DNA of 64,000 nt from the NCBI GenBank assembly GCA_963797555.1, contig CAWCPV010000007.1, forward strand, positions 192,001-256,000. The letters run 5' to 3'. Made by a program: the position numbers and the translations under genes. Of the stretch, positions 29,513-39,285 are shown piece by piece; the stretch's first letter is position 1, and every line of letters starts with the position of its first letter. Origin of the DNA: an uncultured Gammaproteobacteria bacterium. GTDB taxonomy: Bacteria > Pseudomonadota > Gammaproteobacteria > CAWCPV01. The notes under the pieces are model-generated. The model ran no database searches. It saw only the letters and a list, made by a program, of their open reading frames with translations, and had not been told where the DNA came from.

Positions 29513-31462
29513 GCCGGTTGGAGTGGCGGTGCTCGCCTGGTGCCTCGCCGGTGTGCTCGCCGCCGCCGGGCGAGGCCTGCGGCTCGCGCGGGCGCTGCTC
29601 GCGCTGGGGGCGCTGGCCGTCATCGCGGGCGCGCTGGTCACGCTCCCCGGGGAGGTGCCGGTCCTCGGATTGGGCGTCACCCTCACCGCACCCGTGACCT
29701 TCCGTCTCTCCCCCGAGGCCCTGTGGCTCGCCGGCTTTGGCCTGGCGCCTGCCGCCCTGGCGGTGGCCTTGGGCTCGCCCGCCGGGCGCGGCGGCTGGAT
29801 CGCAGGGGCGGCGCTCACCCTGCTCGGCAGCCTCGGGGTGTTCGGCCTGCAGGAGGGGGCGGCCTTTCTCATCGCCTGGGAGCTCATGAGTCTGGGCGGG
29901 GCGCTGATGATCCTGTCCGAGCGGAGCAGCAGGGGCGGCTCACCGGTGCTGTTCATGCTCGCCCTGCTGGAGCTCGGGGCCGTCGCGCTGGTGGCGGCCA
30001 TCCTGCTGCTGGGCGCTCGGAAGGGCCTCGACTTCGCCGGCTTCACGGCCGCCGGCGCCGCCCTGGGACCGGGGATGCACTACCTCGTCGGCATGCTCCT
30101 CATCGTCGGATTCGGCGCCAAGCTCGGGCTGCTTCCCTTCTACGAGTGGTTCCCGGGCGCCTACGGGGCGGGGAGCGGCGCCACCGGGGCGGTGCTCTCG
30201 GGGGTGGTGCTGAACGCCGCCTACTTCGCGCTCGCCCGCGGCCTGACGCAGTGGCTGCCCGGGGACGGCGGCGCCGGGTTCGACCTGGCGCTCACCCTGC
30301 TTGCGTTGGCCGTGCTCACCGCCGTGTTCGCCATCCTGTACGCCTTCCAGGAGGAAGACTGGCGCGAGCTGCTCAGCCTCTCCACCGCCGAGAATGCCGG
30401 CATCGCCGCCGCGGCGTTGGCGGCGGCACTGCTGTTCCGCCACGCCGGGCTGAACAATCTGGCCGGGCTCGGGTGGCTGGTGGCCCTGCTCCATCTCGCC
30501 GGCCACGCGCTCGCCAAGGGGGCCTTGTTCCTGACCGCCGACGGCGCACGCGCGGTCACCGGGACCTATCGGCTCGTTCCGCAGGGCCTGCTGCGCCGAA
30601 GCGGCTGGCCGCTCGGGGTCGGCGCGCTGTTCGCGGTCATGAGCTTGGCCGCCATGCCGCCGCAGGCCGGTTTCGTCAGCGAGTGGTACGTGTTCCAGAC
30701 CGTTTTCCAGGGCTTCAACCTGCCGGGGCTGGCGGGGCCGCTGGCGCTGGCCATCGCCGGGGCCGGCCTGGCCCTCACCGCGGCCGTGGCGCTCGCCACC
30801 TTCGTCAAGTTGTTCGGCATCGGACTGCTCGGCGACGGAGCTCATCGGGGTCCGGGCATCCCCGCGCGTTACGGCGCCGCGGTGGGGCTGTTGGGTCTTG
30901 CCGTGCTCGCGACCGCGGTGGGCATGCCCTGGTGGCTCACGGCCCTCGACCCGGCCGTGCAGGGACTGCTGCCCGGGGCCAGCGCGGCTGCGTTGCGGGA
31001 AGGCTGGCTGCTGGTGCCGCTCACCAGCCACTTCGCCTTCATCTCGCCCACCCTCCTGGTCATCGCCGGACCGCTGCTGGCTCTGCTGCCCCTCTCGCTG
31101 TGGCGGCTCTCCCGCGGCGAGTGGCGCCGCACGCCTGCCTGGTACGGCGGCCTGCCGCGGCTGTCCGAGCGCGTCGCCACCACGCCGCTCGCCTTCTCCA
31201 ACGCCATGCGCACCTTCTACAGCATGGTCTACCGGCCGACCCTGGACGTGCACCACGAGCACGTGGGTACGGCCTACTTCTTGAGACGGCTGCGCTTCGA
31301 CCACCAGGTAGCTCCGATCTTCGGACCGCTGCTGTTCGGCCCGGCGGTGCGCCTGACTTATCGCCTGGCGGCCCACCTGCAGGCGCTGCAGTCCGGAAAC
31401 CTGAACTTCTACCTGGCCCTGATCGGGCGCTGGTGCTGATTCTGCTGGTGCCGTTGCTGTAA
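29502..31462 (+). CDS. hyfB: HyfB-like antiporter-type subunit (frameshift near 31430)
   Basis: FLIAWELMS, GFGAKLGLLPF..WFP, STAENAG, HALAKGALF, MPPQAGFVSEW, TFVKLFGI, LQSGNLNFY. Confidence 0.88.
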
Positions 31463-31540
31463 TGTCGCCGGCCGTGGCGTTCGGTTGCCCTAGGCATCGG
31501 TTGGAGGCTTTGAGTAGCGAAGGCTTCGAGGCAGCGTGAC

Positions 31541-31861
31541 ATGGACAAGGACATGACTCTGGTGCGGATCTACCTGCGCGAGGCGGACCCCGGACACCGC
31601 AAGGCCTTGCTCGAGGAGATCCTGTCCGTGCTGCACGACGAGCACCGAGTCCATGGGGTAACGGTGTTCCGGGGCATCGCGGGCTTCGGCGATCACGGCG
31701 ACATCCACACGGCCGACTTGCTGCACCTCAGCGTCCATCTGCCGCTGGTGGTGGAGTTCTTCGACGAGCCGGACGTTGTCGCGGCCGCCATCGAGGCGCT
31801 GGGCGACCTGGTGCCGCCCGACCACCTGACGCAGTGGACCGTGCGCTGCCGCTGCGGATGA
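31541..31861 (+). CDS. DUF190 (PII-like) protein
   Basis: VRIYLRE.D, GVTVFRGIAGFG, LSVHLPLVVEFFD. Confidence 0.9.
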   Translation: MDKDMTLVRIYLREADPGHRKALLEEILSVLHDEHRVHGVTVFRGIAGFGDHGDIHTADLLHLSVHLPLVVEFFDEPDVVAAAIEALGDLVPPDHLTQWTVRCRCG

Positions 31862-31945
31862 TCTCGGGCGGGCGTCGCCCCGAGCATTGCGGGTGCGGCC
31901 GCCTTTCGTGCGTGGTGAAGAGGCTTGTAGAATCGGAGGCGGAAA

Positions 31946-32917
31946 GTGACGAAGACCGGAGGAGAAACCGCACGCACCGGACGCGGCTCCCCGGAGCCCT
32001 CTGGCGACTGCGGTCACAGGCCATCGCCGGCAGGTCGGCCCCGCGGGAACGGCATCGATGTCGATGCCTGCTACCGCTATATCCTGGGCCGTCAGACCAT
32101 CGACGGCGGATTTTGCTTCTATGTTTACCACGACTGGGGGGTGGAGGAACCGAACGCGCCCGACACCTGTGCCGCCGTCGCGAGCCTCGGCCTGCTCGAC
32201 CGGCCGGTGCCGAGACGGGCGTCCGTGGCGGACTGGCTCAAGGCCCAGCAGGACTCCCGCGGCGGCTATCCGACCCTCACCATTGCCCATGCGACGCTTA
32301 CGGCATTGCGCCTCCTGGGGGAAGCGCCGCCGCAAGACCCGAGCCGTTTCTTGGAGAAAATGGGCGGGATCTACGGACTCACGGATGCCGCCGGGCGGGA
32401 GGCATCCGGTTGGCTCCACAACGCACTGCGCTGCGTCGAGCTATGGCGGGACTATGACCTGTCCCTGAGCGATCGAGTGCGCACGCAGGTGGGCACCGGA
32501 CTCAGCCGCCTGCGGCAGGACGACGGCGGTTACGGCGCGCCTGGGGCGAGCCTGCCCGATACCGCCGCCGCTGTGGCGCTCGCTGCCGCGCTCGACCTGC
32601 CCGTCGACCCCGCGGCGCTCGCTTACGTACGGCGATGCGAGGCGTTTCCCTACGGCTTCAATATCACCCCGTCGGCCTCGTCCAGCGGCCTGGAAAGCCA
32701 CCATGCGGGCATGCGGGTGCTGCGTCACTTCGGCGCCGGCCCGCGCCAACCCGTGGTGGTGCAGGACTATGTCGCGAGCTGCCAGACTCGGCGCGGCGGC
32801 TTTGGGCGCGTGCCGGGCGCGGTGCCCCGGCTCGACGACAGTCTGCGTGCGCTGGAAGTTCTGTCCATGCTGGCGCAGGCGCGATCCGCGAGCCCAGAGG
32901 CCTCCGGGGACCCTTGA
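31946..32917 (+). CDS. Prenyltransferase/squalene oxidase repeat protein (GGTase-beta-like)
   Basis: Repeats RQTIDGGF, QQDSRGGY, RQDDGGYG, CQTRRGGFG; true start may be downstream of 31946. Confidence 0.75.
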   Translation: MTKTGGETARTGRGSPEPSGDCGHRPSPAGRPRGNGIDVDACYRYILGRQTIDGGFCFYVYHDWGVEEPNAPDTCAAVASLGLLDRPVPRRASVADWLKAQQDSRGGYPTLTIAHATLTALRLLGEAPPQDPSRFLEKMGGIYGLTDAAGREASGWLHNALRCVELWRDYDLSLSDRVRTQVGTGLSRLRQDDGGYGAPGASLPDTAAAVALAAALDLPVDPAALAYVRRCEAFPYGFNITPSASSSGLESHHAGMRVLRHFGAGPRQPVVVQDYVASCQTRRGGFGRVPGAVPRLDDSLRALEVLSMLAQARSASPEASGDP

Positions 32918-32991
32918 TAGGTGCCCAAGCTACCGGCACAGGCGTCGGTCCGGCGAGCGGATCGAGACCGACCGGGCATGGGGGTAAAAAG

Positions 32992-33462
32992 ATGCTGGAG
33001 ATCGCCATTCCGGGGTTCGGTGGGCTGGGTCTCGAACACCTGGTGACGGACTATACGGGTACGCTGTCCGCGGACGGCGCACTTCTGCCGGGCGTCAGGG
33101 AACTGCTGAACGCCGTCGCTGCAGACCTCCAAGTGCACGTCGTGACGGCCGACACCTTCGGCATGGCGCGGTCCGAGCTCGAAGGGGTCCACTGCGTGGT
33201 ACGCATCCTGGACGGAGGAGCCGAGGACGCCCAGAAGGAGGATTACGTCCGCGCGCTCGGCGCCGAACGGGTGGCGGCGCTCGGAAACGGCAACAACGAC
33301 CGGCGCATGCTGCGGGCTGCACGCCTCGGCATCGCCGTATGTCAAATCGAGGGATGCTCCATCGACGCTCTGACGGCAGCGGACATCGTCGTGACATCTC
33401 CCGTCCATGCCCTCGAGTTGCTGCTGCACCCAGGCCGCCTCAAGGCGACCCTGCGATTCTGA
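32992..33462 (+). CDS. HAD-family hydrolase (soluble P-type ATPase-like, COG4087)
   Basis: MLEIAIPG, DYTGTL..DG, TADTFG, GNGNND..ML..A.LGI, LL.P.RLKATLR. Confidence 0.88.
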   Translation: MLEIAIPGFGGLGLEHLVTDYTGTLSADGALLPGVRELLNAVAADLQVHVVTADTFGMARSELEGVHCVVRILDGGAEDAQKEDYVRALGAERVAALGNGNNDRRMLRAARLGIAVCQIEGCSIDALTAADIVVTSPVHALELLLHPGRLKATLRF

Positions 33463-34234
33463 GCCGCAGCATGCGAAGCACCCAGTACGCACCGAGCGCA
33501 GCCAGGAGATGCTTGACCGTATGCCCGCTCAGCTCCCCGGTCAGGCTGTACAAGGCGGCGTCGAAGTGCTCTGCCGGCTTCGACAGGGCGTAGAACAGCA
33601 GCACAACGAACAGGTCGGAGCTGCGTGTGAACCGGCCGGGGTAAGCCACGAGCACAACGGGTATCAGGATGGCGGGGAGGAACTGGACCAATGCGTACGG
33701 CCTGAGGTCGCCGGCGCCGAAATGCTCGGAAACATCCCAGTAGAGAACGCTGCCCAAGCCCAGCGCGAGCAGCCAAGGAAGCGCTCGCCGGGCGCGGGGG
33801 TCGAGGTGCTCCGTGAGGATGGCCGAAAACAGCCCCATGAAGGCGACGGTCATGGGCAAACGGTCCCAGACCAGGGTGTCGTTCGTGGGGTGCAGGTGAT
33901 ACCAGGCCGATCCGATGCCTGTGAGTGCAACGCCGACAAAGAACGCGATATAAGCCGCGAGAGCCGGTGTGCGCAGTCCCTCCCACTTGCGGCGAACGAC
34001 GGCAACCAGACCCGCAAGCCCGACCAGCAGAAACGGGACGTTCGATACCACGTTCCAAAAATTCGGGATGCCCCACAGCCTCCGCTGATCGATGAATTGG
34101 TGATAAGCGGCATCCTGGGGGACGGGCGCCACGAAGAGCAGGGTGGAGAGGCCGGCGAGGCAAAGCGCCGTCAATATCCATGGCCTCGCCGTCCGGAGCC
34201 ACGGCGGTGGCCAGGGGCGGGCGGTGGCGCTCAA
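33440..34234 (-). CDS. Ceramidase-like integral membrane protein
   Basis: QD.AYHQF.D.R...GIPNFWNVVSN.PF, GSAWYHL.P, WDRLPM, SGHTVKH. Confidence 0.85.
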   Translation of the reverse strand: MSATARPWPPPWLRTARPWILTALCLAGLSTLLFVAPVPQDAAYHQFIDQRRLWGIPNFWNVVSNVPFLLVGLAGLVAVVRRKWEGLRTPALAAYIAFFVGVALTGIGSAWYHLHPTNDTLVWDRLPMTVAFMGLFSAILTEHLDPRARRALPWLLALGLGSVLYWDVSEHFGAGDLRPYALVQFLPAILIPVVLVAYPGRFTRSSDLFVVLLFYALSKPAEHFDAALYSLTGELSGHTVKHLLAALGAYWVLRMLRLRIAGSP

Positions 34235-34419
34235 GGATTCCGGCCTACCACGCGCGTGTCGGCGATGCGGCCCGGCGCTGCTGTCCGGCCGTGCGGCCCT
34301 CGCCCAACAACACTTTCTCGGACATGGTGTTCGACGGCGGACATGAGAACAGCCGGGCGCTGACCGGCTTCAGCGAAGGCCCGTCGCTTGCGCACTGGCT
34401 TTGCCTCCCCAAACCTCCT

Positions 34420-34809
34420 CTACGACCAGAAGCGGTCATCTGTCTGCTCGTCCCCTTGGAATTCGCGGAACTCAGTGGCCTTCCCGTTCACAAGCCGCCA
34501 AACATGCACCTCTGGGAAAGCCGCAGATTGACCGTTGCGCTCCGCCTTGACGGTCACGAGCACGACCACCACATCGTCTTCGGCAAGGACATGATGCACC
34601 TCAATACCCAAGACGCCGCCGGAAAGTTCCATGGTGTGTCTGAAAAATCCGACGACCTCGTTGTGGCCTTTGTAATCGCCCGATAACGGGCTGTGACCCG
34701 GCACGTGCCGGGTGATCGATGCGTCGAATGCCTCAAGGACCGCGGGGATGTCGCCCTTGGCGAAGTCCTCATATGCCTTGCGGATGACGGTAGCGTTCAT
34801 GAGATTCAC
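34420..34809 (-). CDS. SnoaL/NTF2-like protein
   Basis: YEDFAKGDI, VPG.SPLSG.Y.G, EVHVWRL..GK. Confidence 0.85.
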   Translation of the reverse strand: MNLMNATVIRKAYEDFAKGDIPAVLEAFDASITRHVPGHSPLSGDYKGHNEVVGFFRHTMELSGGVLGIEVHHVLAEDDVVVVLVTVKAERNGQSAAFPEVHVWRLVNGKATEFREFQGDEQTDDRFWS

Positions 34810-34871
34810 AGTTTCTCCTTACTGTAATTCGGAATCGTGATTCGTGGCGCAAACAACCTGCACGTAGCAAA

Positions 34872-34970
34872 GCCCAACGCCGCAGTTATGCGGCACCGTT
34901 CGACCGAGCGCTGTCCTTGCCATTGCCTCGACCCGACGCTCGTCGCCTGCTAGCGGTTTGACTGTTGTAC
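34872..34970 (-). repeat. Degenerate attC-like site
   Basis: Minus strand GTACAAC ... CCGCATAACTGCGGCGTTGGGC (GTTRRRY core); internal pairing weak. Confidence 0.5.
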
Positions 34971-35015
34971 GTTGACCCTTGACGCACACCCTGTCATCAT
35001 CAAGCCTCACGAAAT

Positions 35016-36098
35016 TTACGTCAGGGCTGCCTGGGCCACGCGGCGGGCGAGTATCTCGCGGTCGACCAGTCCTTCGAGGCGACCGTCGCGGACCAGTGCT
35101 GCGAAGCGCGTTTGCCGTCCGAGAACTTCCTGTTGTAGAAACCGCTGGCCCTTCTCTCTGACATCCACGACCTGTGCATCCCGAGCAATACCCAATTCGT
35201 ATTCGAGGTCGCGCGCTGACAAGGAATGTTTTGTAATTTGCTCGTCCGCCCCGAACGCTTCGCCGACAAACAACGGGTACCGCCAGAGTTCTTGTTCCAG
35301 CTTCTCCAGAGTTGGGGCTTCGCGACGAAAGTTCCCGTAAGCCTGTTCGAGGGCCGGCCAGCGCAATTCCAGCCGATGACAGAACTCGGACGGCGTTGCC
35401 ATCAACAGGAACTTCCCTCCGGCGTCGATGAACACGAAGCCGCGAGTTTGACCGAACTCGCGTGCCAGAGCCGACACCAGATACAGGCGCGTGTTCCACC
35501 ACGGTGTGGGTCCTATGTGCAACTCGATGAACTGTACTTTGCCCAGAAGTCCTAGCTTGTCCTTAATATTCATCATGTACGACGGGCCAAGCTCCTGAGC
35601 CTTAAGCATCACGTCGATTGCTTCCAGTTGCCGCGTTAAGCGCGTGCTTTCGTGCATACGCAGCGCAGCCAGTACTTCTACAGCGAGTTCCTCAGCGCTA
35701 GCAAAGTACCCGCTGCACTGCTTCTTCAGCCGCTCACGAAGATTACTGATCCTAGCGAGGTCTGCATCCTTCCGTGCCTTGGGCCAACGTGCCTTCTCAT
35801 TTAGCAAGAATGTGAGTCGCGTCATCGGCTTGTCGGTAGCGGCTGCATATTCCATTTCGGTCACTGAGAGGCGTTGGGGATTGTTGTCGATGGGGATGTG
35901 TCCGTAGCGCCAAGCGAAAACGCCAATATAGACATCGCACGCTACCACGTCGCCCTGACAGGCAAATTCGACCCGCTGGTCGCGTGCGACATACTCCTCC
36001 ATCATCACGACATCGTAGCCGGCCTTGCGCAAGGCACGGCCAAGGATTGCCCGGTGGCGCTTTAGGTCAGTGAACGTCGATGACAGATAGACTTTCAT
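35016..36098 (-). CDS. DUF4062 domain protein with unknown C-terminal domain
   Basis: MKVYLSSTFTDL..HR, C..DV..CDVYIG....RYG, SVTEMEY. Confidence 0.85.
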   Translation of the reverse strand: MKVYLSSTFTDLKRHRAILGRALRKAGYDVVMMEEYVARDQRVEFACQGDVVACDVYIGVFAWRYGHIPIDNNPQRLSVTEMEYAAATDKPMTRLTFLLNEKARWPKARKDADLARISNLRERLKKQCSGYFASAEELAVEVLAALRMHESTRLTRQLEAIDVMLKAQELGPSYMMNIKDKLGLLGKVQFIELHIGPTPWWNTRLYLVSALAREFGQTRGFVFIDAGGKFLLMATPSEFCHRLELRWPALEQAYGNFRREAPTLEKLEQELWRYPLFVGEAFGADEQITKHSLSARDLEYELGIARDAQVVDVREKGQRFLQQEVLGRQTRFAALVRDGRLEGLVDREILARRVAQAALT

Positions 36099-36143
36099 CC
36101 GAGCGACTGGTCAGGACATTACGTCAGGTCTAACCATACTGAG

Positions 36144-36309
36144 TCAGGGTGACCACGGTCCGATCATCGTCCTGCCGACATTTGCGGGCGCGTTGGGGAG
36201 CATTTGCACCCCGTCGTCTGTGAACTGTGCGACCCACGCCTCGGCATCGCCAGCATCGAGCCCAGCTACGTGCGCGTCTCGCACCCTAATGTGTTCATAC
36301 TTGGCCATG
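36144..36309 (-). pseudogene. SnoaL/DUF4440 fragment
   Basis: AHVAGL.AGDAEAW...FTDDGVQM.PN; truncated. Confidence 0.55.
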
Positions 36310-36339
36310 CGATCCTCCGTAACGGTTGTTGCCCATGCC

Positions 36340-36405
36340 ATCTAAGGCTGAAGCTCAGCCGCGGGCCGGCGCGGCCGGCTCGTCCGCGGGAGCGCCTCGT
36401 TGGGG
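36340..36405 (-). repeat. Degenerate attC-like site
   Basis: Minus strand CCCCAAC GAGGC GCTCCCGCGG..GCCGG/CCGGC..CCGCGGCTGAGC TTCAG CCTTAGAT. Confidence 0.6.
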
Positions 36406-36852
36406 GGCTCCCTGTGGGGCCGGAACCAGTCCGTATTTGGACATAACGTCAAGAAGTTTCGCACGGTCAGGAGGCCCGCCCGCATTGACGATGGAACCTA
36501 CATCCCGAAAATACTGGGCACCGATGTCCGGGCTCAAAACGATGAGCGCCCGGGCCGTGTAATTGTGCGGATTGCTGAATTGATGGACCGACCCCCGCGG
36601 CGTGAACATCCATTCTCCCGGACACAAGTCGCGCTCTGCGCCATCCACGGAGTATCGAAGCGTGCCCTCCAACACATAGACGCACTCTTCGTTGCGCGTG
36701 TGGCTATGGGGCGCGGGAACGTTTGAATTCGGCGGTACGCTCAATTCGAAGACGCCCATACCGCCGGTGGTAGCGCCGTCAATGAGATACCGAATGCTCA
36801 TTCGGCCGACCATGATCGAGTCTTGGGTTGATTCCTGGACCCCGTCAGTCAT
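36355..36852 (-). CDS. Cupin domain protein
   Basis: PAPHSHTRNEE..YVLEG, PRGSVHQFSN; reads into the attC-like site. Confidence 0.88.
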   Translation of the reverse strand: MTDGVQESTQDSIMVGRMSIRYLIDGATTGGMGVFELSVPPNSNVPAPHSHTRNEECVYVLEGTLRYSVDGAERDLCPGEWMFTPRGSVHQFSNPHNYTARALIVLSPDIGAQYFRDVGSIVNAGGPPDRAKLLDVMSKYGLVPAPQGAPQRGAPADEPAAPARG

Positions 36853-36894
36853 TCTAATCTCCTCGTTCGAATTGCCCGAAGCATTTCTACTGCG

Positions 36895-36969
36895 GCCCTA
36901 TGACCGCGCTAACCGGCTGCGGAAGGAGCCCAGCGACTGACGCAGTCCGAGCTACGCACCTTGTTCGGC
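36895..36969 (-). repeat. Degenerate attC-like site
   Basis: Minus strand GCCGAAC AAGGT GCGTAGCTCGGACTGCG...CGCAGCCGGTTAGCGC GGTC ATAGGGC; paired arms with extrahelical bases. Confidence 0.6.
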
Positions 36970-37218
36970 ATTACCTTCATGCGCTGCGGGCTTCAATCCA
37001 GATACCAGCGTTTCCGGCGCGATATCTTGTTCATGGGGCCATGTCACTGCACCAAAGACTGTGTCGACTTGCGAGAAGTAACTCTTATCTCGAAGCTCCC
37101 TGAATACGCCGTGATTCAGATACGGCTTGAGGTCAAAGACGCCCTTCCGACCATCTACCAACTCAACGAAAATCTCATAGTCGTCTAATGGGCGAACTGT
37201 CTTCACGTCCCAATACAT
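36952..37218 (-). CDS. DUF2442 protein (antitoxin-like)
   Basis: V.PLDDY.I.V.L.DG.KG.FDLKPYL..GVF..L.D..YF......GAVTWP.EQDIAPETL. Confidence 0.88.
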   Translation of the reverse strand: MYWDVKTVRPLDDYEIFVELVDGRKGVFDLKPYLNHGVFRELRDKSYFSQVDTVFGAVTWPHEQDIAPETLVSGLKPAAHEGNAEQGA

Positions 37219-37225
37219 AGCAACC

Positions 37226-38115
37226 TCACAATGGATCAATTTTGTACGGGTTTTCACCCGCCACAGCCAGGTCCCAATCGGCCATGAGTTCATCTCGACA
37301 CAATTCAATCCATGCTTGCACCAAACGTAGCTGCTTACGCGGTAACTCCCCGAGGTAAGCCCCCGGCTTTGCCGGGGACTCACCGAGGTTTGACCTATAC
37401 GACGGTCGTCGTGAATCTCCAATCTCCGCCAAGAGAAGGAGACGCACGATGAAAGAGTACCAGAGTCTGATCCACACGAAGTGGGACTGTAAGTACCATG
37501 TGATATTCATCCCGAAAGCGCAGGAAGAAGCGGATCTTCGGGGCGCTGCGCCGCCACCTGGGACAGATCTTCCACGAGTTGGCGGGCCACAAGGACTCGA
37601 AGGTGGTTGAAGGCCACCTGATGTCCGATCACGTGCACATGTGCCTGAGCATACCGCCGAAGTATGCGGTGTCCAACGTCGTGGGGTATATCAAAGGCAA
37701 GAGCGCCATCCAGATCGCCCGGAGGTTCGCAGGCCGGCAGCGGAACTTCACCGGAGAGAACTTTTGGGCGCGCGGGTACTTTGTGTCCACGGTCGGCTTA
37801 GATGAGGCGATGGTCAGGGCCTACATCCGGAACCAAGAGCAAGAGGACGAGCGCTACGATCAGCTAACGCTGGGGACATAGGTCCAGCCGCCTTGGGCGG
37901 CTCCCGGTGTTATGGCGCCTTTGAGGCGCTCACCCAATAAGCCCCCGGCTTTGCCGGGGGTGAGTTAACTCTCCGGCTAAAACTTCACCATCATCAATCC
38001 GAATCGATGCCTCGAATCCTGAGTACCGCGCATGAACGTGCGGCGCAGCGTGATGCTGGTTATCCAGAAAGTACCGCCGGATGATGATCCCGTAGAACAT
38101 TGAAATTGAATGCCT
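37226..38115 (-). pseudogene. DUF4160 toxin-like gene interrupted by IS200
   Basis: ISMFYGIII...DNQHHAAPHVHARY...DDGEVLAGE|LPRKQLRLVQAWIE...LMADW...IDPL; frame restored by removing 37347-37969. Confidence 0.85.
37347..37969 (+). mobile_element. tnpA: IS200 family element with tnpA (about 37449-37881, one frameshift)
   Basis: HTKWDCKYHVIF, DHVHMC (HUH), GYIKGKS, FWARGYFVSTVG, YIRNQ; subterminal hairpins; TAAC at left flank and right end. Confidence 0.92.
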
Positions 38116-38179
38116 TCAACCGTCTGTTTCCTCGCCACCCATCCTTTGACACGCTGCTATTTTCGTTCAGTCCCGCAGT

Positions 38180-39285
38180 TACTAAGTCCATTTTAAGTAA
38201 AGCCATATGTTGGTACAATGGGGGCATGAAATGCAAGCGCGAATCGGACGGGCGCAAGCTCGATCATAGGAGCCTGCAGGTGCTGCGCCAGCAAGCCGTG
38301 AAAGCGGTGCGTCACGGACAGACGGTACAGAGCGTAGCGCAGGCCTTCGGGTTGAACATTCGCACCGTGTTTCGCTGGCTCTCGGCATTTGCCTCGGGGG
38401 GACAGAACGCGCTGTTGGCCAAGCCGATCCCGGGCCGCCCGCCGCTGCTTGGCGCCGAGGAGATGCGCTGGCTGGCGGGGGCGGTGCGCGAGCACACGCC
38501 GCAGCAGTTCCGATTCGAGTTTGCGCTGTGGACCCTGCCGCTCATCGGCAGGTTGATCGAGCGGCGGTTCAACAAGCGCCTTTCGGACTCCGCCGTCAGG
38601 CGGGTGATGCGGGTGCTGGGATTCACTGCCCAGAAGCCGCTCTACCGTGCCTGGCAGCGCGATCCGGTGCTGGTCGAGCGCTGGCAGAAAGAGCAATTTC
38701 CCGCCATCCAGGCCGAGGCCAAGCGCGTGGGGGCGACCATCTACTTTGGGGATGAGTCGGGGATGCGCTCCGACTACCACGCCGGCACCACTTGGGCGCC
38801 GATGGGCAAGACCCCGGTGGTCGCGGTGACCGGGGCGCGGTTCTCGCTCGCCATGCTCTCGGCGGTGAGCGCCCGCGGGGGCTTGCGCTTCATGGTGCAC
38901 GAGGGGACGGTGACCGCCGCGGTGTTCAAGGAATTCCTCAAGCGCCTGCTGGTGGGCGCCACCCGGCCGGTCTTCCTCATCGTCGATGGCCATCCCATCC
39001 ACAAGGCACGATTGATCCAGGACTTCATCGGCGAACAGAACGGGCGCCTTAAGCTGTTCTTCCTCCCCCCGTACTCGCCCCAACTCAATCCCGACGAACA
39101 GGTTTGGGGGCATGTGAAAGCCCGCGTCGCCAAGCGCCGGGTGGAAAGCAAAGAGGATCTCAAGAGCAAACTCCTCGGTGCTTTGCGCCGGCTCCAGAAG
39201 CTGCCAGAAATCGTCAAAGGCTTTTTCATGCATCCGCATTGCTGCTACGCTGTCTGATATGGCCTTACTTAAGAAAGGATTAGTA
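38180..39285 (+). mobile_element. IS630 family element; transposase 38226-39257
   Basis: Imperfect IRs TACTAAGTCCATTTTAAGTAAAGCCATAT / ATATGGCCTTACTTAAGAAAGGATTAGTA with TA; FGDESG, VDGHP.H, LPPYSPQLNPDE. Confidence 0.92.

Noticed and set aside
24124-31462. Functional [NiFe] hydrogenase-4 / formate hydrogenlyase
   Set aside because: Both Ni-binding CxxC motifs are absent and there are no hyp maturation or fdh genes in the window
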